Below are positions 39,504 through 49,029 of a stretch of 64,000 nucleotides of DNA, in pieces. Positions within the stretch are counted from its first letter, which is position 1; each line of letters opens with the position of its first letter. Location: NCBI GenBank assembly GCA_963663495.1, contig OY760427.1:62080-126079 (forward strand), given 5' to 3'. The position numbers and the translations under genes were made by a program. The notes beneath the pieces are model-generated. The model was not told where the DNA came from. It was given only the letters and a program-made list of their open reading frames with translations, and did no database searches. Source of the DNA: Rhodothermales bacterium (GTDB taxonomy: Bacteria > Bacteroidota > Rhodothermia > Rhodothermales > Bin80).

Positions 39504-41207
39504 ATGCGGCCGCTCGCACTCGTTTCCGGAGTCCAGTTATTCCTGATGCTGGCCGGACTCACAGCCCAAATATCTGCCCAAGGTCAACCATGGAAGCTGA
39601 ATGCGGACGGCAGCGATGTGCAGTGGACCGACGCGGGAGCATGGCCACTGGATAGCCTGAAGCATGGCACGCTGGCTGCGATTCGACACCTGCAGCGGGA
39701 TGCGTACTTGTATGCCCGAATTGACTCGCATGCTGTAGATGTTGATGGCACTATTACACTGTTTGCGACGCTTGGCGAGAGAACCGTCGTATCCTGCATC
39801 CGATTGAACGGTCTCTTATTGCTGGATGCAGAATATCTGGAGAGTCTGATGGTTATTCAGCCCGGAACAGCACTGGTAGCATCCCAGCTGGAACTGGATA
39901 TCAAGAGCGTCCTGGATGCCTATATGCGAGCCGGACACCCCCTAGCCGAAGTTATCATTGCAGCGCTGGGTGTCGGAGACGGCCCTTGCCTCACCCTGCA
40001 GATTACCGAAGGGCAGATGCCCCTGCTTTCCGGGCTGGAGCTGTCGGGCGCGACGCGTACACGGAGCAGGTTTGCTGCAAAGATAGCCAGATTGGAGGTG
40101 GGGCGTCCCATAGGGCCATTCCTGCCTGACGAAATTCGGGCACGCATCCAGGAGTCAGGGATTTTTCGACATGTAGGAATGCCATTCTTGACGATAGACG
40201 AACATGGCGCCGTCATGGTACGCATTCCCGTAGTGGAGGGACCTCCCGGGGTTTTTGACTTGGCGCTTGGGTACGAGCCTGCACAGGATGGCGGGCGTGG
40301 GGGGCGCCTTGTCGGTGCAGGACACCTGGCATTGCGCAATGTGTTCGGGGCAGGACGCCAATTCTCGCTTGAGATCCGTCGACCGCCAGGGCGTACCAGT
40401 CGGCTGAATGTGCACGCACGCGATCCGTATTTCCTGGGGATGCCCGTTCATAGCGCAGTGTCGTTTGAAGGCTTGCAACAGGATTCGACCTTTGGAAAGC
40501 GGCGCTACGAGTTTGAGACGGGATTCAGTTTCTGGGACAACCTGACGCTCTACGCGACCATTGCGAGAGAAGTTACCCAGCCAGGGCGCGAGGGGTTGGT
40601 CTTTGAGAATGGGATGCAGCGCATCGCAGAATCACACTCAACATTGTTGGGGGCAGGCGCGCGGTTCTCCAGTCTTGATCGGCAGATTAGTTCTCGCAGC
40701 GGACTGGAGGCGGATTGGACCGTGGAGCGCGGCCGCAAGAACAGCTACCGTCGTCGTGCGTCGGAAGGCGGTGTGGGGTACCGAAATGTTCGATCCCAAG
40801 CCCGCCTGCGGGCACGGGCACGCGTGTATGTGCCCGTTACGCGGAGCCAGGTGGCGGTGGTAGGCGGGGAGGCCAACGTGCTCAAAAGTGATGACGCGGA
40901 TGCCAGCGACTACTTCAGGATGGGCGGTGCAGCAACACTGCGGGGGTACGACGACGAACAATTTGTCGCCCCCTTTGTCACGCGCGGGCTAATGGAGTAC
41001 CGATATCTGGTTGATCAGACGACCTATGGCGCCGTGTTCTTTGACCTGGGATACGTCGGTGGCACCGAGGTGGAAGCATTTTATCCTGGCTACGGATTGG
41101 TTGTACAGGTTGGGATTCCGGTCGGCATTGTGGCCTTAAGCGTTGCCGCTGCTACGCGAGATCCCACCGTATTGCGGGCTCATATCCGATTGGCGCTGGG
41201 ATTATGA
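39504..41207 (+). CDS. Omp85/BamA-family outer-membrane protein (surface antigen D15-like)
   Basis: Signal peptide MRPLALVSGVQLFLMLAGLTAQISAQ, POTRA-like segments and a C-terminal barrel (GGAATLRGYDDEQF...). The start is moved from 39171, because that longer ORF overlaps mutY. Confidence 0.72.
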   Translation: MRPLALVSGVQLFLMLAGLTAQISAQGQPWKLNADGSDVQWTDAGAWPLDSLKHGTLAAIRHLQRDAYLYARIDSHAVDVDGTITLFATLGERTVVSCIRLNGLLLLDAEYLESLMVIQPGTALVASQLELDIKSVLDAYMRAGHPLAEVIIAALGVGDGPCLTLQITEGQMPLLSGLELSGATRTRSRFAAKIARLEVGRPIGPFLPDEIRARIQESGIFRHVGMPFLTIDEHGAVMVRIPVVEGPPGVFDLALGYEPAQDGGRGGRLVGAGHLALRNVFGAGRQFSLEIRRPPGRTSRLNVHARDPYFLGMPVHSAVSFEGLQQDSTFGKRRYEFETGFSFWDNLTLYATIAREVTQPGREGLVFENGMQRIAESHSTLLGAGARFSSLDRQISSRSGLEADWTVERGRKNSYRRRASEGGVGYRNVRSQARLRARARVYVPVTRSQVAVVGGEANVLKSDDADASDYFRMGGAATLRGYDDEQFVAPFVTRGLMEYRYLVDQTTYGAVFFDLGYVGGTEVEAFYPGYGLVVQVGIPVGIVALSVAAATRDPTVLRAHIRLALGL

Positions 41208-41926
41208 GACGTCACAGGACCTACTATGCGCCTCCTGATGCTGTAAATCACGATGGCACATTACTCTTGCCGGACGAGGAATGGCGTCATGCGGTTCGGG
41301 TCATGCGTTGTAGAGCCGGCGATGAGATAGCGGTTGTTAATGGCGTCGGTATGTGGCACCGTGTCCGATTGACGAGCCGTTCCGGGCACGGTGAGATTGT
41401 TGAGTCCCGAGCGGATGCTGGTGAACCGGATCGACGGCTGACCGTGGCATTGGCGCTACTGAAAAACCCGAAGCGATACCAGACTTTTATGGAAAAGGCT
41501 GTAGAGCTGGGCGCCTCAACTGTAATCCCACTCTTGACTGAAAGGACGCAGGCGCAATCGCTGCGCCCGGACAGAGCGCAGCGTATCCTTGTTGCAGCCA
41601 TGAAGCAGTGCGGTCGCAGTCGCATCCCGGAGCTGCTCCATCCGCAGCCGCTGGATGCGGTGCTTCAAGGTGGGAGCGGCCAGCGAATGGTTGTGTGCAT
41701 GCAGCAAGCTCCTGCCCGCATGACCTTCGGCGAAGGAGACATCACCATCCTGGTGGGGCCGGAGGGAGGGTTCACTGATGAGGAGATAACACGATCAATG
41801 GAAGCGGGAGCTATTGCTGCATCGCTCAGTCAACAGCGGCTGCGGGCCGAGACGGCTGCGATTGTCGCCATGGCCATCGCCATGCTATCCCCTATCCAAG
41901 AAACAGGCGACCGGCAGCGGCGTTGA
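41204..41926 (+). CDS. rsmE: 16S rRNA (uracil1498-N3)-methyltransferase
   Basis: RsmE pattern ...HAVRVMRCRAGDEI... and GPEGGFTDEE. Confidence 0.85.
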   Translation: MRRHRTYYAPPDAVNHDGTLLLPDEEWRHAVRVMRCRAGDEIAVVNGVGMWHRVRLTSRSGHGEIVESRADAGEPDRRLTVALALLKNPKRYQTFMEKAVELGASTVIPLLTERTQAQSLRPDRAQRILVAAMKQCGRSRIPELLHPQPLDAVLQGGSGQRMVVCMQQAPARMTFGEGDITILVGPEGGFTDEEITRSMEAGAIAASLSQQRLRAETAAIVAMAIAMLSPIQETGDRQRR

Positions 41927-41946
41927 GGGCCCAAATTGACGGACCT

Positions 41947-42282
41947 ATGTTTGTATTCCTCATTGTAATCATTGCCTTCATCGGCGTATTGATGACGCTG
42001 CTTGTCCTGCTTCAAGCAGGCAAGGGTGGCGGCTTGGCGGGCATCGCTTCAGGTGGTGCAACGACACAAATATTGGGAGCTCGGCAGGCGCCGGATGTGC
42101 TGGAGAAGGGCACATGGGCCTTAGCAACGCTGTTCATCGTGCTGTGTATTATGACCAATTTTGCCATTGACCGCGGTCAGGCGCCGCGCAGCGTGGTGCA
42201 GCAGGGGGAACAGCAGCAGCAGGAGGCGGCGCAGCCACTGGCGCCGCTTCCGGAAGAAGTACCGGCCGAACCTGAGCAGTAG
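41947..42282 (+). CDS. secG: preprotein translocase subunit SecG
   Basis: MFVFLIVIIAFIGVLMTLLVLLQAGKGGGLAG..., a second TM helix and a Q/E-rich tail. Confidence 0.8.
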   Translation: MFVFLIVIIAFIGVLMTLLVLLQAGKGGGLAGIASGGATTQILGARQAPDVLEKGTWALATLFIVLCIMTNFAIDRGQAPRSVVQQGEQQQQEAAQPLAPLPEEVPAEPEQ

Positions 42283-42411
42283 TCTGCCCGCCTAATTGCG
42301 GTCTTTCGGGTCTGCGCGAGATGGTGGTGTGGGATAGCAAGACGCGTAGAGGCACCATTCCCGTGGAGATAAGGTGCCGGCGAATTGTGCAATCCTTAGC
42401 GGGAAATAGGC

Positions 42412-42441
42412 GAGGCAGCCCCCTGAAACGGAGGCTGCCTC
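42412..42441. terminator. 9-bp perfect hairpin between secG and the 3' end of rnpB
   Basis: GAGGCAGCC (42412-42420) pairs with GGCTGCCTC (42433-42441). There is no U-tract. Confidence 0.3.
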
Positions 42442-42449
42442 GGGCGACG

Positions 42450-42833
<384 letters not shown>

Positions 42834-42849
42834 CGTAAGATACGCAGAA

Positions 42850-43608
42850 TCAGAAGCCGAGGTCCTTTGTGGTCTGGTCATACAGATCAGTATCCACAAC
42901 GATGCGTCCGGTGTGCTCACATGCAACAATGCGGTTGCGCTGGCGGATCTCTACCTGACGCTGGGGAGGAACAGCGAAGCCAGAGGCGGCACCGCGTTCC
43001 AGTTTGACCACGGCGCGGCCATCTCTCAGCCTGCCGCGCAGCCTTCCGTATGCTCGGAGATACCGTTTATCTACGGAGTCTTCTGCGTGGGCGCGCAGTC
43101 CTTCAAGCTCGGCTTGCTCCTGTTTCGTTTCCTCTAGGACTTCTTCCAACTGCGCCTTCTTGGTATCCACGACTTCGGTCAGTTCCTGAAGTCGTATCTG
43201 GGCTTCTTCAATGGCCAACGCCTGCTCGTTTACCAGATCATTGGTCTCTTCAATATGATGCGTGGCGTCTTCAATGCGCTGCTTCTGAGCCTCAATCTCC
43301 TTGGTTAAGGCATCGTACTCCCTGTTATTGCGCACCTGGAGTTGCTGCTCGTCGTAGCGCTTTATGAGAGCCTGCGCCTCCTCAATATCGCGGTCGGATT
43401 TCAGGCGCTCCACCGTGGTAGCCTCCTGCTCCTGCCTGAAGTTGGAAATGCGCGTCTCAAGACCAGCCTTTTCGTCTTCCAAGTCCCTGATTTCCTCCGG
43501 GAGATCTCCGCGAAGCTTCTTAACCTGGTCAATTCGGTTATCTATGTGTTGGAGTCGGATCAGCGCGCGCAACTGTTCTCCGATACTCGTTTCCGCGGTG
43601 ATGGGCAT
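42850..43608 (-). CDS. coiled-coil DUF164/COG1579-type protein (zinc-ribbon Cys mostly absent)
   Basis: LIRLQHIDNRIDQVKKLRGDLPEEIRDLEDE... coiled coil. It shows the conserved pairing with nif3 immediately upstream. Confidence 0.75.
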   Translation of the reverse strand: MPITAETSIGEQLRALIRLQHIDNRIDQVKKLRGDLPEEIRDLEDEKAGLETRISNFRQEQEATTVERLKSDRDIEEAQALIKRYDEQQLQVRNNREYDALTKEIEAQKQRIEDATHHIEETNDLVNEQALAIEEAQIRLQELTEVVDTKKAQLEEVLEETKQEQAELEGLRAHAEDSVDKRYLRAYGRLRGRLRDGRAVVKLERGAASGFAVPPQRQVEIRQRNRIVACEHTGRIVVDTDLYDQTTKDLGF

Positions 43609-43656
43609 AGGGTGGTAGCCTTGCTGATGGTATTCCGGTGTAACGCTGCGACAAGT

Positions 43657-44517
43657 CTATCGGTTCAGTAACGATGGATGCGTATAACTGCGAACAGGGC
43701 CGGTGCGAATGGTGGTGCGATACCATGTGACTTGGGGGAATCTGCTGTCAAGCCAGCAGCGGAGCAGATTTTCCGTATGTACCTCGGTTTCGTAATGACC
43801 GGCATTTATGAGGGCCATGCGTGCCTCACCACTCGTGCCCAAGACATCAAAGTACTGGTGATAGCGTATGTCCGCGGTCACGTACCCGTCGGCGCCGCGT
43901 GCCAGCGCTGTCGGGACCAGGTCGACTCCTGCACCGCCGCACACGGCTACAGTGTATACCGGTACCTGCAGGTTACCTGCATAGCGTAGTGAGGGAGATT
44001 CTAAGGCCGTGGCTACACGCTCAAGGAAATCCGCTAGGGGCACAGGTTGCGATAGCTGTCCGATTGCGCCATACCCTCCGTTAAACGCGGCCGACGGATC
44101 AAGGCATTGTACATCGTTCAATCCAAGTCTATGTGCCAGTGCTATGGACACGCCGTCCGGTGCGGCATCCAAGTTCGTGTGTATGCTGTACAACGCTATT
44201 TTCTCTTCCGCAAGCCGTAGCGCCAGACTTGCGGTAAAAGTGTCCGGCGTAAGCTGGCCTACGGGCCGAAACAATAGCGGATGGTGGGTTACAATGAGCG
44301 TGGCCCCTAAACGGATGGCTTCCTCTACGACCTGCGGTACCACATCCAGCGCAATGATACCGATACGAACCCGGCGATTGGGATCACCGACCTGCAGGCC
44401 CGAGTTGTCCCACGACGCAGCCATACCTGGAAGGGCCCAAGATTCCAGAGCTTCCGTTACTTCCCTAATGGTAGGATAGGATTGCCGCGGTATAGCTGTC
44501 AACGCTGGCACCTTCAA
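43657..44517 (-). CDS. Nif3-like dinuclear metal centre protein
   Basis: WDNSGLQVGD...LIVTHHPLLF...YSIHTNLDA...INAGHYETE motifs. Confidence 0.85.
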   Translation of the reverse strand: MKVPALTAIPRQSYPTIREVTEALESWALPGMAASWDNSGLQVGDPNRRVRIGIIALDVVPQVVEEAIRLGATLIVTHHPLLFRPVGQLTPDTFTASLALRLAEEKIALYSIHTNLDAAPDGVSIALAHRLGLNDVQCLDPSAAFNGGYGAIGQLSQPVPLADFLERVATALESPSLRYAGNLQVPVYTVAVCGGAGVDLVPTALARGADGYVTADIRYHQYFDVLGTSGEARMALINAGHYETEVHTENLLRCWLDSRFPQVTWYRTTIRTGPVRSYTHPSLLNR

Positions 44518-44704
44518 GGTTAGATGTGGTTATCCGTTTTTCGTCGTAGGCATGAAAATAGTAGTTCGCGCCAATGGGTTCCGCCGCTTACCGGTATCAA
44601 TTCTTCGGTCGCAGAATGAAGTGCGCGGTCTTCGGCTCAGGTCCATGGCCGGGCTGGTGCGGCGGGGCATCTTCCAGGAATGGCTATGGCTGTTATTTTG
44701 GGAA

Positions 44705-45310
44705 TTATATACGTGAGTGACCAACTGTACACAGTGAGGCACTAGTATCAATTTCACGGGTCATAGGGGTCGGTAACCCGAACGCCCCTCGCCGTGCAGA
44801 AGCCCCAATCCCGGAGGCCAGTATGTTTGCAGCCGCATTCAGGTCTGCATGATCCGTATGTCCACAGGACATACACGTGAATTTGCTCCGTGTCTTACGG
44901 TTACTCGCTTCTGTGTGCCCACACACAGAACACCGCTGACTGGTATAGGCAGCGGTAACCTTTATCACCTTGCGGCACTTATAGCCCAGCATCTGTTCCA
45001 GCTGGCCCCAACCTGTTCGCAGTATTCCACGGTTGAGGCCAGACTTCTGTCTGACGTTTGTGCCAAAGCTCTCCATCGTCCCCTCAGCTGAACGTGTCAT
45101 CGCTTTGATCTTTAGGTCCTCCAGTATCACCGTTGAGGAGCATTTGGCAATACTGCGACTTACCTGGTGGTTCGCATTCTTGAGGATGTTAGCACGCTTG
45201 CGCTGTATGCGGGCGATTCTATGCTTCCGCCTGTTACGACGGTTGGAGCCTTTCTTCTGTCTCGCCAGTCTTCGCTGATGCCGCTTCAACTTGGCATCAA
45301 GACGCTTGGT
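44705..45310 (-). pseudogene. tnpB: tnpB copy 2, C-terminal part
   Basis: ...KRLDAKLKRHQRRLARQKKGS... to the stop. It is almost identical to 16695-17293 and is cut at the left end of IS1380 copy B. Confidence 0.9.
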
Positions 45311-47165
45311 CCTCCCTTATTCATGAGGGAGTTAAGTGGCGGGGAATCGTCGTTTAATATTATGGTGTAATATGTTGACTATACACGGTTTGAATGGGAA
45401 CCTGTGCGACACTCAAACGTTCAGAAACCCCAATACCCATTCACCCTGTAACACACCCGATGCCAGATCCCAAATCCAACCTTCTGTTCGCTTGCCAGTT
45501 CAATAAATCCGTTAAAGTTGTACGCTCCAACACCGATAATCTAACATCGGATGCCGGCGTCATTCCTATGCGCCTGCTCATGGTGATCAGCACCTTGGCA
45601 TGCCGACTCGCTTCCGTGCTTAAGGACAATCGGTCCCAAGCTCGGATTACGCATAGCCTTGAGGAGTTAGTGCGGCAGTACCTGCTGCAACATGTGCAGG
45701 GGTGGGGACGTCAGTCAGATGCGGACAAGCTTCGAAGGGACCCCGCCATGCGCGTGGCCACTTCTTCCAAAAGGGGTATGGAGGCTTTACAGGACGATAG
45801 GTCCCTGGCATCCCAGCCAACCATGTCTCGCTTCGTGCGCATGTTGGCCGGGAAAAAGAATTTCGAGAAGTTGCGCCTTTTTGCAGAGACATTCGCCATG
45901 GAGCACCTGCTGCAGCGTGGTGGCGGGAAGCGCCGCCCCGAGGTGGTCTTTGATGTGGACGGTGTACCGGTAGATACGCATGGCAAGCAGCAGGGCAGCA
46001 AGTGGAACGTGTATTACAAGCGCACCATCTTTCTGCCCCTTATCGCCATATGCGGTGAGTCGGGCGACATGTTGGGGGCGGAGTTGCGAGGGGGCACGCA
46101 GAATGTGGTGAAGGACTGCTACGGTTTCATTCGATGCATTGGGCTGGCATTGCGTGAACATGTGGCCGACAAGGTCATTGTCCGATTGGACGCAGGCTTC
46201 AACAGTGGCGAGTTATGTGATAAGCTGGAGAACGACCGTATCGGCTATGTGATGCGTCTGAAAGGAAACGATGTGATTGACGGGCTTGCGGCGCCTCATT
46301 TGGAGGGTGATCAGCCGTCGGACGAATGCTACCACGAACTGCGCTACCGTGCAAAGTGCTGGTCCGTAGAGCGTCGTGTGGTGCTCGTGGTTGTTCCGGT
46401 GCCGGGAGAGCTTTTTCCGCGGCATTTCTATCTGATCACCGATCTGGATGTAGAAGCCTATCCGGCAGAGCAGCTTGTGAATCTGTACCGGAAGAGAGGA
46501 AAGGCGGAAAAGCACTTCGGGGAGCTGAATGCGGCTTGCTCCATGGCGCTGTCGTCGGTTCTCCGTCCGAAGACACACTATAAGGGCCGGCCTGTAGTGC
46601 GGGAGCCTGATGAGTCGGAGCAGGATGCCGAGATCCGAGCCGAGAACGAGGTTCTGCTACAGGTATACCTTCTAACGTATCAGCTCATGCATGTGGGGCG
46701 CTGCCTTATGCGGGAGCCTGACGAATCCCAGATAAGTCTGAGCACCTATCGCGAGCGTGTACTCAAGGTGGGGGCCCGCTTCGTACAACACGCGCGCAAC
46801 ATCGTTATCCACATTGCCGCCAGCGCAGATGCTGCATGGGAGCAATTTTGGCGACGTTATTGTCAACTCACATGGATCACGCTTCCCTTGAAGAGCTAGC
46901 CAAGTCATATTTGCGCCTGCGCTTCGACACCGCAGGCGCCCAACGCGGAAAGCGGAAAGCGAAGGTAGGCAGAGGTGTGTCTACCCGACAGACGTCTTCC
47001 CAAAATCTCGGTAATGTGACCGCTATCGAGTCGGGAAAAGGGCCTAAACTGGTGTTTTCAGCCCCTCTCATGGTCGTCCCTACGCATGAACAACGCACAA
47101 TCGGTCCTGCAGGTACCGAAACAGCACTTTTAGACCCGAACAGGGTACATCATGAATATTGCAGG
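45311..47165 (+). mobile_element. IS1380-family element, copy B (1855 bp, intact ORF)
   Basis: IRL is CCTCCCTTATTCATGA. IRR is TCATGAATATTGCAGG (reverse complement CCTGCAATATTCATGA). Confidence 0.88.
45394..46899 (+). CDS. IS1380-family DDE transposase (intact, 501 aa)
   Basis: VVFDVDGVPVDTHG..., VIVRLDAGFNSGE..., NLYRKRGKAEKHFGELN (Y-R-E-K region). It is a single uninterrupted frame, unlike copies A and C. Confidence 0.88.
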   Translation: MGTCATLKRSETPIPIHPVTHPMPDPKSNLLFACQFNKSVKVVRSNTDNLTSDAGVIPMRLLMVISTLACRLASVLKDNRSQARITHSLEELVRQYLLQHVQGWGRQSDADKLRRDPAMRVATSSKRGMEALQDDRSLASQPTMSRFVRMLAGKKNFEKLRLFAETFAMEHLLQRGGGKRRPEVVFDVDGVPVDTHGKQQGSKWNVYYKRTIFLPLIAICGESGDMLGAELRGGTQNVVKDCYGFIRCIGLALREHVADKVIVRLDAGFNSGELCDKLENDRIGYVMRLKGNDVIDGLAAPHLEGDQPSDECYHELRYRAKCWSVERRVVLVVVPVPGELFPRHFYLITDLDVEAYPAEQLVNLYRKRGKAEKHFGELNAACSMALSSVLRPKTHYKGRPVVREPDESEQDAEIRAENEVLLQVYLLTYQLMHVGRCLMREPDESQISLSTYRERVLKVGARFVQHARNIVIHIAASADAAWEQFWRRYCQLTWITLPLKS

Positions 47166-47168
47166 ATC

Positions 47169-48059
47169 ATGGACATCGTACGCATGTTCGACACGGAGCA
47201 GAAGGCGTACGATTGGCTGGCTCGCTACGTGTGGCCGAATGGCCCCGTGTGTCCGTTTTGCGGATCGGACAATGTGCAATCTGGAATCAAGCATCCGTAA
47301 ATGACGCATCGTTGCCGTGACTGTGCGAAGAAGAAGATGTTTACGCTCAAGACCGGTACGATAATGGCACGCTCCAAGCTGGACTACCAGACGTGAGCGA
47401 TTGCGGCGTATCTGATCGTAACGAACTTGAAGGGAATATCGAGCATGAAGATTCAGCGCGAGCTGAGTATCACGCAAAAGAGTGCTTGGCACCTGTTGCA
47501 TCGTTTGCGCAAGGCGTACAAAACCGGCAGCTTCAGTTTTCAGGGGCCGGTCGCAGTAGACAAAGCCTATTTCGGAGGCAAGGAAGCCAATAAGCACGCG
47601 AACAAAAAGCTGAACGCTGGACACGGTAGCGTAGGCAAAACCGCTGTTGTAGGCATGAAGGATCGGGGGACCGGCCAGATCAAAACCCAGGTCATTGCCG
47701 ATACGACGGCCAAGACGCTACAGGGCTTCGTACACGAGAATGTAGAGGAAAGACCGACCATCTACACGGACGATCACAAATCCCACACGGGCTTACCGAA
47801 GGACGATACCGTGCAGAATAGCGTTGGCGAGTACGTTAAGGGGCAGGCCCACATTAACGGTGTCGAAAGCTTCTGGGCAACGTTGAAGCGCGGCTATCAT
47901 GGCACGTATCACCAAATGAACAAACAGCACCTACACCGCTACGTATCTGAATTTGCAGGACGCCATAAGGCACGCGAACTCGATACGGAAGATAAAATGG
48001 GCAAGCTGATGGCGAACGGCAAAGGGAAGCAGTTGCGGCACCGAGACTTGGTGGGTTGA
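47169..48059 (+). pseudogene. second, divergent IS1595-family transposase gene with two in-frame stop codons; left end removed by IS1380 copy B
   Basis: MDIVRMFDTEQKAYDWLARYVWPNGPVCPFCGSDNVQSGIKHP-TAA-MTHRCRDCAKKKMFTLKTGTIMARSKLDYQT-TGA-AIAAYLIVTNLKGISSMKIQ... is all in one frame. The TAA is at 47298-47300 and the TGA at 47394-47396. Confidence 0.82.
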
Positions 48060-48085
48060 CTCTTGCAGGGCAGGTTGCACCGCCG

Positions 48086-48763
48086 TCAAGGTGGGTCCAT
48101 CGACACCAACTCTAGCAGCCTGTCTCTTAGTTCAATTCCTAGAACCCGACAAACCTGCTCTTCTTTAACACCATTCTCGTATGCACTTCTGCGAATATCT
48201 CTTTGCTCTTGATCTGAGTAATGTGTTTCATTCTCGGCGTACTTAAAGCTAAAATCCTGTATCTCGTATGCCTCAAGTCCCTGAACTTGCCCTTGAACGG
48301 CACTAGCAACTTTTACCGCCCATTCCAAGGCATTTATTTCTTTCGATATGGAACTGCCCAGATCGGTGAGACGAACAGGGTTTTGTCCTACGGAGACTTT
48401 AGGACAAATGCGTACAAAAATCTTTCCTATGTCATTGCGGATTTCCTTCAAGTCATCACGTACTTCTTCCATGAACTCCTTGAAGGATTTTCGGTCTGCA
48501 TCAACAGCGCCCTTCCACTCTCCAAAGCCTTTCAAGGCATTACGATCAGAATCAACCGCCCCTTTCCATTCTCCGAAACCCTTCAGAGCAGCCCGGTCTG
48601 CATTGACTGCACCTTTCCATTCCCCGAAATCAACATTCTCCTTTCGTATATCCCTTCTAAGGACCCATGCGGCGATAAATACGGCTATGATTGTGGCAAG
48701 GGCTGAGACTATAGCAACAATGATGGTGGGCTCAGTCCACACATTTGTGGTTTCTTGAATCAT
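48086..48763 (-). CDS. membrane-anchored protein with three 17-aa tandem repeats (FGEWKGAV..DR.ALKG) and an uncharacterised C-terminal domain
   Basis: 225 aa. N-terminal TM helix (IIVAIVSALATIIAVFIAAWVL), a 3x repeat, then SPVRLTDLG..ISKEINALEWA...AYEIQDFSFKYAEN...VLGIELRDRLL. The DNA here is visibly more AT-rich than its neighbours. Confidence 0.65.
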   Translation of the reverse strand: MIQETTNVWTEPTIIVAIVSALATIIAVFIAAWVLRRDIRKENVDFGEWKGAVNADRAALKGFGEWKGAVDSDRNALKGFGEWKGAVDADRKSFKEFMEEVRDDLKEIRNDIGKIFVRICPKVSVGQNPVRLTDLGSSISKEINALEWAVKVASAVQGQVQGLEAYEIQDFSFKYAENETHYSDQEQRDIRRSAYENGVKEEQVCRVLGIELRDRLLELVSMDPP

Positions 48764-48981
48764 GGCATCGGGGGGCTGCTGGGGTGGACATGCCGCGCAT
48801 TTTGTGCGGAATATGCACTAAGTAGTTCTTTATTACAAAGCATACTCGCGCGATGCATCACATGCCAAGCCGTATCCAAATACAAAAATAATGCATTTTG
48901 TTTCAAAATCGTACTATATTGAGCCTCGTGCAGAACCTCTGAATTGAAGAAATTGGCTGCATAATTTGACTCCGCTGGCAT
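48760..48981 (-). CDS. possible 73-aa upstream ORF coupled by an ATGA overlap (may instead be 5' UTR/promoter DNA)
   Basis: Its stop overlaps the downstream ATG (ATGA at 48760-48763). There is no recognisable domain, and the region also contains promoter-like motifs. Confidence 0.25.
   Translation of the reverse strand: MPAESNYAANFFNSEVLHEAQYSTILKQNALFLYLDTAWHVMHRASMLCNKELLSAYSAQNARHVHPSSPPMP
48883..48908 (-). promoter_or_regulatory. candidate Bacteroidota-type promoter (TTTG ... TAnnTTTG) for the 48086-48763 gene
   Basis: The minus strand reads GATTTTGAAACAAAATGCATTATTTTTGTATTTGG. TATTTTTG fits the TAnnTTTG -7 motif, and a TTTG lies upstream of it. Confidence 0.3.
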
Positions 48982-49029
48982 AGGATCACTTGTGGTATTT
49001 CTGGAGGGTTGCCGGTGCGGATTACAGCG

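Noticed and set aside
44560-44690. Possible SRP (4.5S) RNA in the nif3-rpiB spacer, because of a CUCAGGUCC string.
   Set aside because: The GGAA tetraloop and the conserved AGCA/GCAGC symmetric-loop motifs of SRP domain IV are absent on both strands.
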